Source: Macrostomum hystrix (taxonomy: Eukaryota > Animalia > Platyhelminthes). Taken from it: a stretch of 64,000 nt of DNA. Location: positions 434,001-498,000 of the forward strand of contig CATNEN010000015.1 in NCBI GenBank assembly GCA_950097015.1. The letters run 5' to 3'. Within the stretch, counting starts at the first letter, position 1. Every line of letters starts with the position of its first letter. Made by a program: the position numbers and the translations under genes. Below the pieces are notes generated by a model. It was given only the letters and a program-made list of their open reading frames with translations, was not told where the DNA came from and made no database searches. Positions 23,860 through 36,505 of the stretch are shown one piece after another.

Positions 23860-26762
23860 CTAGACCAGGGCCGCAGACCCGGCTAGATTTACTATGGACA
23901 CATCATTCACAGATGTTGCTGTGGTTGTTGCCACCGCGGTCGCCGCAGCGGCAGCCACCGAGGTCACCGCCGCAGCAGCCATTTCGACATCCTTATCGAT
24001 GCCGAGGAAGTCGGGCAGCTCAGGCAGCGGCTCGCGCCAGTAGGAAAAGTGCGAAAAATTCTCGTAATCAGCGAACCGGTGCTGGAACGGCGGGAACACC
24101 AGATCGGCAACCTCAGACAGCGCCTGATATGAAGACGGCAGGCAATCGCCCGACTCGCGGGTCACTTCGCCCTGTGGATTCACAGTGAAGCACCTGGCGT
24201 GGTTGACGCTGACTTCCGTGTAGGACAGCGCGTCTGAGGGCCGGTTACCGAAGCCCGCCCAGAACGGCTGCGCGTCCGATGGGAAAAGGGCGCGGACATC
24301 ACGCAGGCACGCGATCTTGAAAGCCTCCGGCCGGCGAGCGATCACCTCCTGGTGGAAGGCGCGCATCAGAGACAGAGGCGAAAGCAGCACCGGTCCGTCA
24401 GGCAGAGTGACGCCCTCCTGCCGCACCCGCTGGAGGAAGCGCCGAGTGACAGCCGACTGACCGATGGCCCTGGCCGACAGGTAAAGGAACCGGTAGTCGT
24501 TCTTTTCGATGGCCGAGAAGAGCTTCGCGATGCGCGGTTGCGTCCAGTCCTTGCCAACCATCGGCAGGATGTGGCCAAGCACGTCGGATCGGGTGATGGT
24601 GCCGTCGATGTCAGAGATGACGACGCGATCATCATGGCCCCACAGGTAGACACCGCAGGTGCACTCAGTGGTTCCCTGGTACTTAGTCGTCACGCTGTAG
24701 CGAAGCTCATTGTAGCCGGGCCGTAGGCCGAGCTTCTTGAGCTGATTAGATGACAGACGAACGGTGCGAAGCCGTTGTTTCGGCTGCTCGCCGTCAGCCT
24801 TCCGCTCCTCCACATTAGCTTCCTCTTTGATGTCCTCCACCTTGGTGGTGCTAGTTACGGTGCCGCTGTCGACAGCGCCCTCCTCATCGTTGGCTTCGGC
24901 ATCATCCGCTGGTCTTGCGCGGCCCCAGCCGAACCAGGAGCGCATGGTGTTGCGCTTCCTCCGGAATCGCATGTGGCGCTCCTTGAGGTTCTGGACGGTC
25001 CTGTAGGGCAGGGGCACGCGGAACACGGCGCGGCAGAGCATTATGGGAGCCGCGGTGCGCCAGTTATAATTCTTGCCCTGAATGCGCACAACAAGGTCCC
25101 GATTGTCAATGATATCTGGGTTCTGCAGGAACTCTTCGTAAGAGATCAAATGCTTAAGGAAGCGCTCAGTGGTGATGCTGTTCGGCAAGTCGAGTCCACC
25201 GCAAAGTGAGAGCTGGACGCCGATGTTTAAATCCTCCTCCACACTGGCGACGTCCTGGTCCGACTTGTAGCCGGACTCAGGTGACGACGGAGAGCCGCTG
25301 AGGTAGATGTGGCGGTTGCTGTCATCCAGGTCCGACAGGTAGCATTCGCCCGAAGATGACAGACGATCACGTTCTGATGATTGACGCTGCTTCTGCGAAT
25401 TCTGCTGCGGCTGCATCTGCGACTGCTGCTGCTGCTCTTGCTGCGATAAAATCTGCTGGTGGCCCTCATCAGCATTCTGGGCGCGCGAAGCGGTGATGCG
25501 CTCCTCGAGAATCTTGTTGAGCTTCTCCGAGGATACTAGCTCACCTGAAAGTTTAATCGTCGATGTTCCCTCAGTGGCGGCTGCTACATCGTCTGTGCAG
25601 TCAAAATAGTCGCCAGATTTGACGCTGTCCATTGTGGCTGAGTGCGGCAGCTTTCCCCACTCCCAGTCCAACTGGGCCATCAGCTGCTCCGCGGCGCCGC
25701 CAATCACCGCAGCCGGCGAGCCCCCGGTGTTGTGGCCGTCCTGCTCCGAGTCGGACTTGTATCCAGTTAGCGTCGCTCTGCGGCTGCCGGCGCCAACGGT
25801 GCCTCCGAAGCCGCCGCTTCTCTCCTCACCGTCGCAGTCGCTGTAGTAGGAGACCAGCGTGGCTGAAGACCCATTGGGGGGAACGCCACCGACTCTCGAC
25901 TCTTCGTCCTCTGCTTCGTCAGTTCCGGTGGTGTCTCCGTTCTCGGCGCGCAGCATGGAAGCCGCGGAATCCTCTGTTAGTCGATCGGGTTTCGACATTG
26001 AGATCCGACGTTCCAAAGGCTGCTGTTCCAGCTGGGCAGTCGCTAAAGGCTCTGCCGGTGGCAGATCGTCGGGATCTTCAAGAAAGAATGCCTCGCCAGC
26101 CTCGCCGAGCATCATCTGGATGTCCGGAATCAACTCGTCGTTGACGTAAAGATCCACCTGCAGGATAAAGTTGACGTCATTGAAAAGACAAATGTTAATG
26201 ATCGCGGTTTCCAATTCATGCCATAGAATGAAAATTCGACTTCCTTCTGTGCTATCCCATTTTCTATTAATCCACTCTTGAGCCACCTAATCTCATTTGC
26301 CGAAGCTTTACTGGGTCCGAGGATAACTGCTTCCTGTACTAATAGGATTAGCTAACTCTGAATTAATCAGATTTGCTTCTCGCTTCTCTCAGAAGGCTCA
26401 TCTCTACTGGATAGATTTGAAAGTGCTCATAACCTTGATCTGTACCCAACTGCTCGACGGAGAGATCGGGGCCAGATTGCCTCTGTCTCTCCTTCCCCAC
26501 TTCGGTTGCAAAGAAGGCCTTGTGCTCTACTTCGATCTCGAAACTTTGTTGAGTTCTTTTAAGCTCAATGGAGATAACTTACCACATTCTCCTGTGGCCT
26601 GAGGATGCCAGTCTTGCCGAAGCGCGCATGAAACGGGCTGCTCTTCAGAGTGCCATCCGGCTGCAGCACCACGATGACATCGATGGCACCGGACAGGGTG
26701 GCCGGGTTCAGTGTCCGGTAGTAGTTGGACACCGTTGACCACAGCTGACTGACCATATTCAT
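23860..26762 (-). CDS. LPIN: Lipin (Mg-dependent phosphatidate phosphatase), 2 coding exons, about 825 aa
   Basis: Exon 1 (26762-26583) encodes N-LIP ([32 protein letters not shown]) and ends at a GTAAGT donor. Exon 2 (26157-23860) follows a CTGCAG acceptor and encodes the middle domain (LSLCGGL) and C-LIP HAD domain with DIDGT, LGHIL, YLSAR and GFGNRPSD. Confidence 0.96.
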
Positions 26763-27369
26763 GATTGTCCGTATAGATTAACTCCAGCCAGGTAGCTAAC
26801 TGGATGCCTCGCGCCTGACTGAGTCAGTTAAAGACTCAGCTACTCAATAAATAGTAAATGGAACTAAGAATTCAAACGACTCAAACCAATCCGCGCTCGG
26901 GGCTTGCGATCGCCTGACCCGGCTGCTCGAAACCAGATTGCCTCTGTCACTCCCTGTCTCTCCTTCCCCACTTCGGTTGCAAAGAAGGCCAAGCAATGGG
27001 CAAGCAGAAACCGACATTTTAGGGCTAGAGTTTCCCCCCCCCCCCCACCCCGCCGGCCCAAGGTCGTCCTACTGAAAAGTCCTCGAGTGAAGCGGAAAAT
27101 TCCTTACCCCCTCTATGCGCAGAGCTCTGTTAGCCGCGTACAGCCGTGTAACATACACTACACTCCTTCCCCTCAAGGTTGGGCCAACTTCTGTCTCGCT
27201 CTTCTCTCCTTAGCTGGCCAATAGGGCTCGATCGGTGGCGTGAGGCCGTGACGCCCTGCCCCTGAAGGCGCGCACTGGCCACTTTGCCTGCCTCCAGTGA
27301 CTCCCCATAGTGAGGGTGAGGGTGATGGCTGCCGTGCCACCCTGCCCTCTCCGCTGGCAAATGTCGGAC

Positions 27370-27600
27370 CGCAGCACTGCAGCCACCCCAACGTTCCTAC
27401 TGTTCCGAGTTCAGAGAACTGTTTAGCGTGAAACTGTATAGAGAATATAGAACCTAGGTTCATGCAATGCACACACACCCAAGCAACTGCTGCAATGGTA
27501 CCATTGGGGTAGGCCAAAGTACTTCGGTGCGCTGTGGGTCTCTACAGCGTAGCTGAGTTGGACACACCCCCAGTATGGCGAGTCCTGTCATGTGATTGTT
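27370..27600 (+). mobile_element. Highly degenerate non-LTR (Ingi/I-group-like) RT C-terminal remnant
   Basis: Frameshifted pieces HCSHP, WG-RPKVLRCAVGLYSVAE and PVW resemble the conserved WGA..LR.....YS.AEYC.PVW block. Confidence 0.4.
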
Positions 27601-28210
27601 GTCTCTGCCCTTTATCTCTCCTGCGATTCAGTTAGAGGGGCTGTGTTCAATGCACCCTGTGGCACTTTTGTGACGCAAATCTTAGGGGGTGTGGTTGTGG
27701 TTGAAACTGAATTGCACTTTGATAAAGAAGCTACCAAACGAAGGTCGGGTGTGTCATGTGAGTGTCAAGGTGCATTGGAGACCGTTTATCAATTCATAAA
27801 AAGTTCATGACAGCAACTCGCCAGAAAAATTACCTTGGATAAGCAGCACCATTCTCAGCGCTTTATCAGTCAGGGGGGTAAGTGAGTATGGGAAAGCTTA
27901 AAGTACAAGCGCAATAAATAGGAGTTCTCCAGTTCGATCCGGATACGCCTGCCCCCAGCCCCAGCGGCTATCATCGATCCGAGTGCTCAAGTGCTCAAGC
28001 GCGAATCGTGAGCACTTCATGGATCTGCGAATCACTTCAGGAGATTAGCGATAAATCCTATCATACATCCCCACTGCTTTCAGGAAGAATGTCGGTTTCT
28101 GGGCAGCCCAATGGGCAGAAGAGCAGAAGAAAAGGAATGTCGTACCGAGTATCTGAAACGAAAACTGGCGGAAAAGAGGAGGTGGGTGGCATTTGGGGCA
28201 TTGGGAGATG

Positions 28211-28710
28211 TCTCATCTCTCCCCTGTCTCATCTCTCCCGTGTCTCATCTCTCCCCTGTCTCATCTCTCCCGTGTCTCATCTCTCCCGTGTCTCATCTCT
28301 CCCCTGTCTCATCTCTCCCGTGTCTCATCTCTTGCCTGTCTCATCTCTCCCCTGTCTCATCTCTCCCCTGTCTCATCTCTCCCCTGTCTCATCTCTCCCG
28401 TGTCTCATCTCTCCCCTGTCTCATCTCTTGCCTGTCTCATCTCTTGCCTGTCTCATCTCTTGCCTGTCTCATCTCTCCCCTGTCTCATCTCTCCCCTGTC
28501 TCATCTCTCCCCTGTCTCATCTCTTGCCTGTCTCATCTCTCCCCTGTCTCATCTCTCCCCTGTCTCATCTCTCCCCTGTCTCATCTCTCCCCTGTCTCAT
28601 CTCTCCCCTGTCTCATCTCTTGCCTGTCTCATCTCTCCCGTGTCTCATCTCTTGCCTGTCTCATCTCTCCTCTGTCTCATCTCTCCCGTATCTCATCTCT
28701 CCCCTGTCTC
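28211..28710. repeat. 16-bp minisatellite (TGTCTCATCTCTCCCC)n
   Basis: About 30 tandem copies; source of the three overlapping repeat ORFs. Confidence 0.95.
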
Positions 28711-29194
28711 AACTCTACCGTACTAATGTCTCGTATCTCACGTCTCATGCCCCAAATTCAATTTACCATTAGCCTATCAATGAAGCCGTGATATTGGATC
28801 AGAAGTCAGCAGTTAAGGCCAAGTGGCCCAGGGTCGAGTGAATAAGACAACGGAAGTTGTGGGGCCTGGCTGGCTGTTGTACTTGAATCTTATATTTGGA
28901 CAAATTGCTAAAGATTGGCATTCAGAAGCGGTTCAGTGCGGCTGATTTGAATTTCAAATTCTGTTGCTTGTTTCGTCTGAACTGTGGGCCATGACTAGTA
29001 AAAGTACATTGCTTAAGAGGTCAGATGGGCGGAACCTGCCACCGCATGAAGTGTAGAAAAAGTACACATTTTCGTTATAAATTACATTTAATTCGGATAT
29101 AAAGGTAAAAAGGGATTTCTGTGAGTCAAACTTTAATGTGTAATTAATATGGACACGCCTAAAAAGGTGATTGTCGGTTATTAAATAACTCACA

Positions 29195-29990
29195 AACTGT
29201 TCACACAAACACGTTTCACCTAAATCCCTATTCACACAAACACGATTCACCTAAATCCCAAATTTACACAAACACGATTTACCTAAATCCCAAATTTACA
29301 CAAACACGATTTACCTAAATCCCAAATTTACACAAACACGATTCACCTAAATCCCAAATTTACACAAACATGATTCACCTAAATCCCAATTTACACAAAC
29401 ACGATTCACCATAATCCCAATTTACACAAACACGAGTCACCTAAATCCCAATTCACACAAACACGATTCACCTAAATCCGGATTCACACAAACACGATTC
29501 ACCTAAATCCGGATTCACACAAACACGGTTCACCTAAATCCCAATTCACACAGACCTTATTCACCTATGAATTAAGTGAATTCATAGAATTTAGATTCAC
29601 CTAAATACCTATTCACAGAGACCTTATTCACCTAAATCCCTATTCCCACAAGCACTATTCACCTAAATACCTATTCACAGATACCTTATTCACCTAAATC
29701 CCTATTCACACAGACCTTATTCACCTAAATCCCTATTCCCACAAGCACTATTCACCTAAATCCCTATTCACACGGACCAGATTCACCTAAATCCCTATTC
29801 CCACAAGCACGATTCACCTAAATCCCTATTCACACAGACCTTATTCACCTAAATCCCTATTCCCACAAGCACGATTCACCTAAATCCCTATTTACACAGA
29901 CCTTATTCACCTAAATCCCTATTCACACAGACCTTATTCACCTAAATCCCTAGTCACGCAAACACGATTGCTGAAATTCCTATTCACACA
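29195..29990. repeat. Compound minisatellite, about 29-32-bp units with core TTCACCTAAATCCC
   Basis: CACAAACACGATTCACCTAAATCCCAATTTA-type units grade into CACAGACCTTATTCACCTAAATCCCTATT-type units. Confidence 0.9.
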
Positions 29991-30029
29991 AACCTAAATC
30001 CCCCATTTACACAACCATAATCCATATTA

Positions 30030-30815
30030 TAATGACAAGATTTGACTTAATACCTATTTAAACAAACCTTAATCCCTAATTGAATGACAAGATTCACCTT
30101 AATCCCTAATTGAATGACAAGATTCACCTTAATCCCTAATTGAATGACAAGATTCACCTTAATCCCTAATTGAATGACAAGATTCACCTTAATCCCTAAT
30201 TGAATGACAAGATTCACCTTAATCCCTAATTGGATGACAAGATTCACCTTAATCCCTAATTGAATGACAAGATTCACCTTAATCCCTATTAGAATGACAA
30301 GATTCACCTTAATCCCTAATTGAATGACAAGATTCACCTTAATCCCTAATTGAATGACAAGATTCACCTTAATCCCTAATTGGATGACAAGATTCACCTT
30401 AATCCCTATTAGAATGACAAGATTCACCTTAATCCCTAATTGAATGACAAGATTCACCTTAATCCCTAATTGAATGACAAGATTCACCTTAATCCCTAAT
30501 TGAATGACAAGATTCACCTTAATCCCTAATTGGATGACAAGATTCACCTTAATCCCTAATTGAATGACAAGATTCACCTTAATCCCTAATTGAATGACAA
30601 GATTCACCTTAATCCGTAATTGAATGACAAGATTCACCTTAATCCCTATTAGAATGACAAGATTCACCTTAATCCCTATTAGAATGACAAGATTCACCTT
30701 AATCCCTATTAGAATGACAAGATTCACATTAATCCCTATTAGAATGACAAGATTCACCTTAATCCCTATTAGAATGACAAGATTCACCTTAATCCCTAAT
30801 TGAATGACAAGATTT
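30030..30815. repeat. 30-bp minisatellite (AATGACAAGATTCACCTTAATCCCTAATTG)n
   Basis: About 25 near-identical copies. Confidence 0.95.
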
Positions 30816-31379
30816 CCATTAATCCACATTAATTTTCCCAAACCAGATTCACGTACATCCGGAGGCATCTAATCCCAATTCATTAAAATTCAGACCAGCT
30901 GAAATGCCGAAATCCAGGAAATTAATGTTTCAGAACAATATTTATTTCTGATCATGAGTTTGATCCCAATTCACTCTCAAGATTTCAGCTTTTACTCAAC
31001 TGTTTTGCCAAGCATTCACAGACAGCAAATGCCAGGTCAAGCAGTCACATGCTCGTGTGTAACAGGTCACTTCGAGGTGTCCCATTCTTTTACTCAACTG
31101 CTATTTTCGTTCTTGTGACGCATACAAAGAAAAGAGAAAGCCGAATCTATTTTTAGAAACAGAAAGATAAACAAGTTTACAATGACTATCTAATTTTAGC
31201 TTTCAAATATTAGAATGGTCCTGTTTACGCACAGGAATAAGTTATTCTTACCTTTATATTTACATTTGTTGTTAAGACGAATTCCCCAAGGGCGCGTGCG
31301 GGTTCGATTCCGAAGAGCTGCCGCTGAGATTTAAAAAATATTTCATCGAATTAAATATTTACTACGATTCACTTTAGAT

Positions 31380-33534
31380 CATGGGTCGGCAAACTTTTTA
31401 GCGAGCGGGCCACGGGGAGAACCTATAGGACGACAGCGGGCCGTATTAACTGTAGGAATATGAGAAAGGGGGGAGATGAGACACAGGATAGATGAGAAAT
31501 GGGAGAGATGAGACACCGGATAGACGAGAAATGGGAGAGATGAGACACCGGATAGACGAGAAATGGGAGAGATGAGACACCGGATAGACGAGACAGGGGA
31601 AGGATGAGCCAGAGATGAGAATAGATAAGACTGGAGAGAGACGGGAGACACGGCAGATGAGACAGGGGAGAGATAATTAGACACAGGACAGATAAGACGC
31701 TGGAGAGATGAGACAGGGGAGAGATAATTAGACACAGGACAGATAAGACACTGGAGAGATGAGACAGGGGAGAGATAATTAGACACAGGACAGATAAGAC
31801 ACTGGAGAGATGAGACAGGGGAGAGATAATTAGACACAGGACAGATAAGACACGGCAGAGATGAGACAGGGGAGAGATAATTAGACACAGGACAGATAAG
31901 ACACTGGAGAGATGAGACAGGGGAGAGATAATTAGACACAGGACAGATAAGACACTGGAGAGATGAGACAGGGGAGAGATAATTAGACACAGGACAGATA
32001 AGACACTGGAGAGATGAGACAGGGGAGAGATAATTAGACACAGGACAGATAAGACACTGGAGAGATGAGACAGGGGAGAGATAATTAGACACAGGACAGA
32101 TAAGACACTGGAGAGATGAGACAGGGGAGAGATAATTAGACACAGGACAGATAAGACACGGCAGAGATGAGACAGGGGAGAGATAATTAGACACAGGACA
32201 GATAAGACACTGGAGAGATGAGACAGGGGAGAGATAATTAGACACAGGACAGATAAGACACTGGAGAGATGAGACAGGGGAGAGATAATTAGACACAGGA
32301 CAGATAAGACACTGGAGAGATGAGACAGGGGAGAGATAATTAGACACAGGACAGATAAGACACTGGAGAGATGAGACAGGGGAGAGATAATTAGACACAG
32401 GACAGATAAGACACTGGAGAGATGAGACAGGGGAGAGATAATTAGACACAGGACAGATAAGACACTGGAGAGATGAGACAGCGGAGAGATAATTAGACAC
32501 AGGACAGATAAGACACTGGAGAGATGAGACAGGGGAGAGATAATTAGACACAGGACAGATAAGACACTGGAGAGATGAGACAGGGGAGAGATAATTAGAC
32601 ACAGGACAGATAAGACACTGGAGAGATGAGACAGGGGAGAGATAATTAGACACAGGACAGATAAGACACTGGAGAGATGAGACAGGGGAGAGATAATTAG
32701 ACACAGGACAGATAAGACACTGGAGAGATGAGACAGGGGAGAGATAATTAGACACAGGACAGATAAGACACGGCAGAGATGAGACAGGGGAGAGATAATT
32801 AGACACAGGACAGATAAGACACTGGAGAGATGAGACAGGGGAGAGATAATTAGACACAGGACAGATAAGACACTGGAGAGATGAGACAGGGGAGAGATAA
32901 TTAGACACAGGACAGATAAGACACTGGAGAGATGAGACAGGGGAGAGATAATTAGACACAGGACAGATAAGACGCTGGAGAGATGAGACAGGGGAGAGAT
33001 AATTAGACACAGGACAGATAAGACACGGCAGAGATGAGACAGGGGAGAGATAATTAGACACAGGACAGATAAGACGCTGGAGAGATGAGACAGGGGAGAG
33101 ATAATTAGACACAGGACAGATAAGACACTGGAGAGATGAGACAGGGGAGAGATAATTAGACACAGGACAGATAAGACACTGGAGAGATGAGACAGGGAGA
33201 GATAATTAGACACAGGACAGATAAGACACGGCAGAGATGAGACAGGGGAGAGATAATTAGACACAGGACAGATAAGACACTGGAGAGATGAGACAGGGAG
33301 AGATAATTAGACACAGGACAGATAAGACACGGCAGAGATGAGACAGGGGAGAGATAATTAGACACAGGACAGATAAGACACTGGAGAGATGAGACAGGGG
33401 AGAGATAATTAGACACAGGACAGATAAGACGCTGGAGAGATGAGACAGGATACTATAAGTGGTGGAAGGGGCAACGGGCCAGATTTAGGGGCTTCGAGGG
33501 CCGCATCTGGCCCTCTGGAGTTTGCCGACCCCTG
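31380..33534. mobile_element. hAT-superfamily (Charlie-like) non-autonomous element with minisatellite interior
   Basis: 16-bp TIRs CATGGGTCGGCAAACT and AGTTTGCCGACCCCTG (1 mismatch). 8-bp TSD CTTTAGAT at 31372-31379 and 33535-33542, with central TA. Subterminal GGGCCA and GGGCCGCATCTGGCCC motifs. Confidence 0.9.
31650..33450. repeat. 51-bp minisatellite inside the hAT element
   Basis: Unit GAGATGAGACAGGGGAGAGATAATTAGACACAGGACAGATAAGACACTGGA, about 35 copies, preceded by looser GAGATGAGACAC units from about 31470. Confidence 0.96.
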
Positions 33535-34689
33535 CTTTAGATTATTTAATGCGAATATAGAATAAAAAGGTAAAACAATAAAACTAGAATTAAATATTTG
33601 ACAATTATGTTTGGGCGCGCATTGTAAATATTGGGGAGAAATATTAAATATACAGGGGAATCCCGCACAAAGAAGGGATTAAATAAAAAGGGAAATCTAA
33701 AAAGGCATACATGCTGGAATATTTGAGAAAAAAAGAGAATCTAAAAAGTGTAAAATAAAACATGAAGTGCCAATTAAAAACGTTTTTTGATATTGCAGCA
33801 AATTTGAAGTAGAAAAATAGGTAAAAGTAGTAAAAGTAAAAACAAAACATTAATTTGGGAACTAAAAAACTTTTAGGTAAAAATGTTGAGGCAGAGATTG
33901 GGGTGAAGGGCAATTAGAAAAAATCAATTACTTGAAACCTCTGAAATTTATCTTTGCATTTATTCGAGGGACGGTTAACAACCGATCCCAAAGCACGAGA
34001 AATGAAATGATGCTTACATCGTCTGTTGAAATGAAATGGACGATATCACTTTGGCAATATCAGATTACACGCTACGACTTTGGGAAACTCTCATTTTCTT
34101 AGGCTATTGGGACTATTAGGAAAATTAGGACTGACAATGTTCTTGCAGCATTTCATCGTCCGAAAATTTCCCACCATTTGTTTACAACCGTTTTAGCATT
34201 AAAAAACTATTTGCGAACAAAGATTGAAGAATATTTATTCTCCTAAAATCAAAATTGCTTTTTAAAAGCGAAGGCAGCTTCACATTTAAAGTCTGAAATT
34301 CTCGAAAAGTTAGTTTGCAAAAATAATAAAACTGTTTTGATTCCTTGTCTGAAAAAAAGCAATCTTAGTCAACAGGAAATTGCATCGCTGTTGCTGTTCA
34401 TATACAAATGTCATAAAACTTGACATTCTTACACTTGTCAAATGCATGTCGCATCGCTCTACTTACAGTAGGCTTATTTGAAAAAACTTTAGTTTCTGGG
34501 AAATCAAGTAGACAAGAAAATTTTTATAAGTCGAAAAGAATAGTTTATAGTAAAGTGAAAATTATTGAGCACTAAAGTTAACTTGACTGCCGCTCAAAAT
34601 CTTGTAAATTGAAAACGTTTAAAAATCTCTGTAGCTCTACAGAATTAGGCTTATCAAAGTTCCTTTGATACACCTAATAGCTACCGCTC

Positions 34690-35212
34690 AGGTACACCTC
34701 AGCTGCCACTCAGGTACACCTCAGCTTCCCCTCAGCTACCCCCAGTTCCCTCAGCTACCCCCAGTTCCCTCAGCTACCCCCAGTTCCCTCAGCTACCCCC
34801 AGTTCCATCAGCTACCCCTCAGCTATCCCCAGATCCTTCAGCTACCCCTCAGCTAACCCCAGATCCTTCAGCTACCCCTCAGCTAACCCCAGATCCTTCA
34901 GCTACCCCTCAGCTACCCCCAGTTCCATCAGCTACCCCTCAGCTATCCCCAGATCCTCCAGCTACCCCTCAGCTAACCCCAGATCCTTCAGCTACCCCTC
35001 AGCTAACCCCAGATCCTTCAGCTACCCCTCAGCTATCCCCAGATCCCTCAGCTATCCCCAGTTCCCTCAGCTACCCCCAGTTCGCTCAGCTACCTCCAGT
35101 TCCCTCAGCTACCCCCCAGTCCCCTGAGCTACCCCCAGTTCGCTCAGCTACCCCCAGTTCGCTCAGCTACCTCCAGTTCCCTCAGCTACCCCCAGTTCCC
35201 TCAGCTACCCCT
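34690..35212. repeat. C-rich compound minisatellite (19-bp CAGCTACCCCCAGTTCCCT and 11-bp CAGCTACCCCT units)
   Basis: Direct inspection. Confidence 0.9.
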
Positions 35213-35997
35213 CAACGACTCCATTTCCTATTTCTCGCTGTATTTCTCCCATTCAGCGGTCCAAGCTCCATCGAACAGCATCTGCAGTAGCAGTGGCAAA
35301 GCGTAAATCATTAACTGCCTTGCAGGTCATTGTGTTGGAGTAAAATCGCTGACGCAGAAATCACACGGCAGACTGCATCGCAGGCGGGGGTCCCCGATGC
35401 TTGGACGGCCCAGTTTGGACGGCATCCCGCGGTGCCGTGGGAGGAGCTCAGGAAAAGCCTTGGACTCGGTGAGGATCGAGTCGGGTCGGATTGCACAAGT
35501 CGGCTGGGATTTATTTTGGGGGAAGAATTGACTGTTTGAAAAAACTCGCAAATCTTTAATTTTAGCCGGCCAGAGCCGCAGTGGGGGAGCCACTCTTGGA
35601 GCAAATTGAGAGGCTCCGCAGCTCATTGTCCAGTTTAAATTGCTTCTTAGAAAATAAGTCAAATCTGTGAAGAGACTATAGGCCAATTAACTAGCCTGCA
35701 CGGTCGAGCTTTTTTCTCGGCATCAACGCAACTCTGGGGCTGCCTGCTGATTTGGCAGTCAATTTGACACCATCGACAAGTGGGCCCTGATCCCTTAGTG
35801 CGTGCGCTTCGGACCTCACACTTTCACCTCTTAATACGCCCTATTTAATCGTTCCATTGTCTGATGCGAAATCGCATCCCTTTGGGAGAATTCGGAGATG
35901 AGGCCCCAGCTGGTTTGGCGAGAACGATTAATTGGCTAATGCTGAGCCATTGTTGGACAATCATGTCCAACACTTTCCAGATCCTTTGGTCTATTTG

Positions 35998-36505
35998 CTT
36001 AGACACCTCTGTTAGACACCTCTGTTAGACACCTCTGTTAGACATCTCTGTTAGACATCTCTGTTAGACACCTCTGTTAGACATCTCTGTTAGACATCTC
36101 TGTTAGACACCTCTGTTAGACACCTCTGTTAGACACCTCTGTTAGACATCTCTGTTAGACACCTCTGTTAGACATCTCTGTTAGACACCTCTGTTAGACA
36201 TCTCTGTTAGACACCTCTGTTAGACAACTCTGTTAGACATCTCTGTTAGACACATCTGTTAGACACCTCTGTTAGACACCTCTGTTAGACACCTCTGTTA
36301 GACACCTCTGTTAGACACCTCTGTTAGACACCTCTGTTAGACACCTCTGTTAGACACCTCTTTTAGACACCTCTGTTAGACACCTCTTTTAGACACATCT
36401 GTTAGACACCTCTGTTAGACATCTCTGTTAGACACCTCTTTTAGACACATCTGTTAGACACCTCTGTTAGACACCTCTGTTAGACACCTCTTTTAGAGAC
36501 CTCTT
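35998..36505. repeat. 13-bp minisatellite (TGTTAGACACCTC)n
   Basis: About 38 copies. Confidence 0.95.

Noticed and set aside
26158-26286. N-terminal 43 aa of the 808-aa lipin ORF
   Set aside because: Intronic read-through; true homology starts after the acceptor at 26157 and joins the upstream N-LIP exon.
28955-29000. Minus-strand ATGGCCCACAG...GACGAAAC resembling a Penelope-type hammerhead ribozyme end
   Set aside because: No CTGANGA core and no pairing stem II.
30047-30868. (VNLVIQLGIK)n ORF resembling a beta-solenoid protein
   Set aside because: Near-identical 30-bp DNA units without synonymous-biased variation; shares its core with adjacent non-coding arrays.
35998-36505. Interstitial telomere repeat
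   Set aside because: Contains TTAG but no TTAGG or TTAGGG tandem runs.
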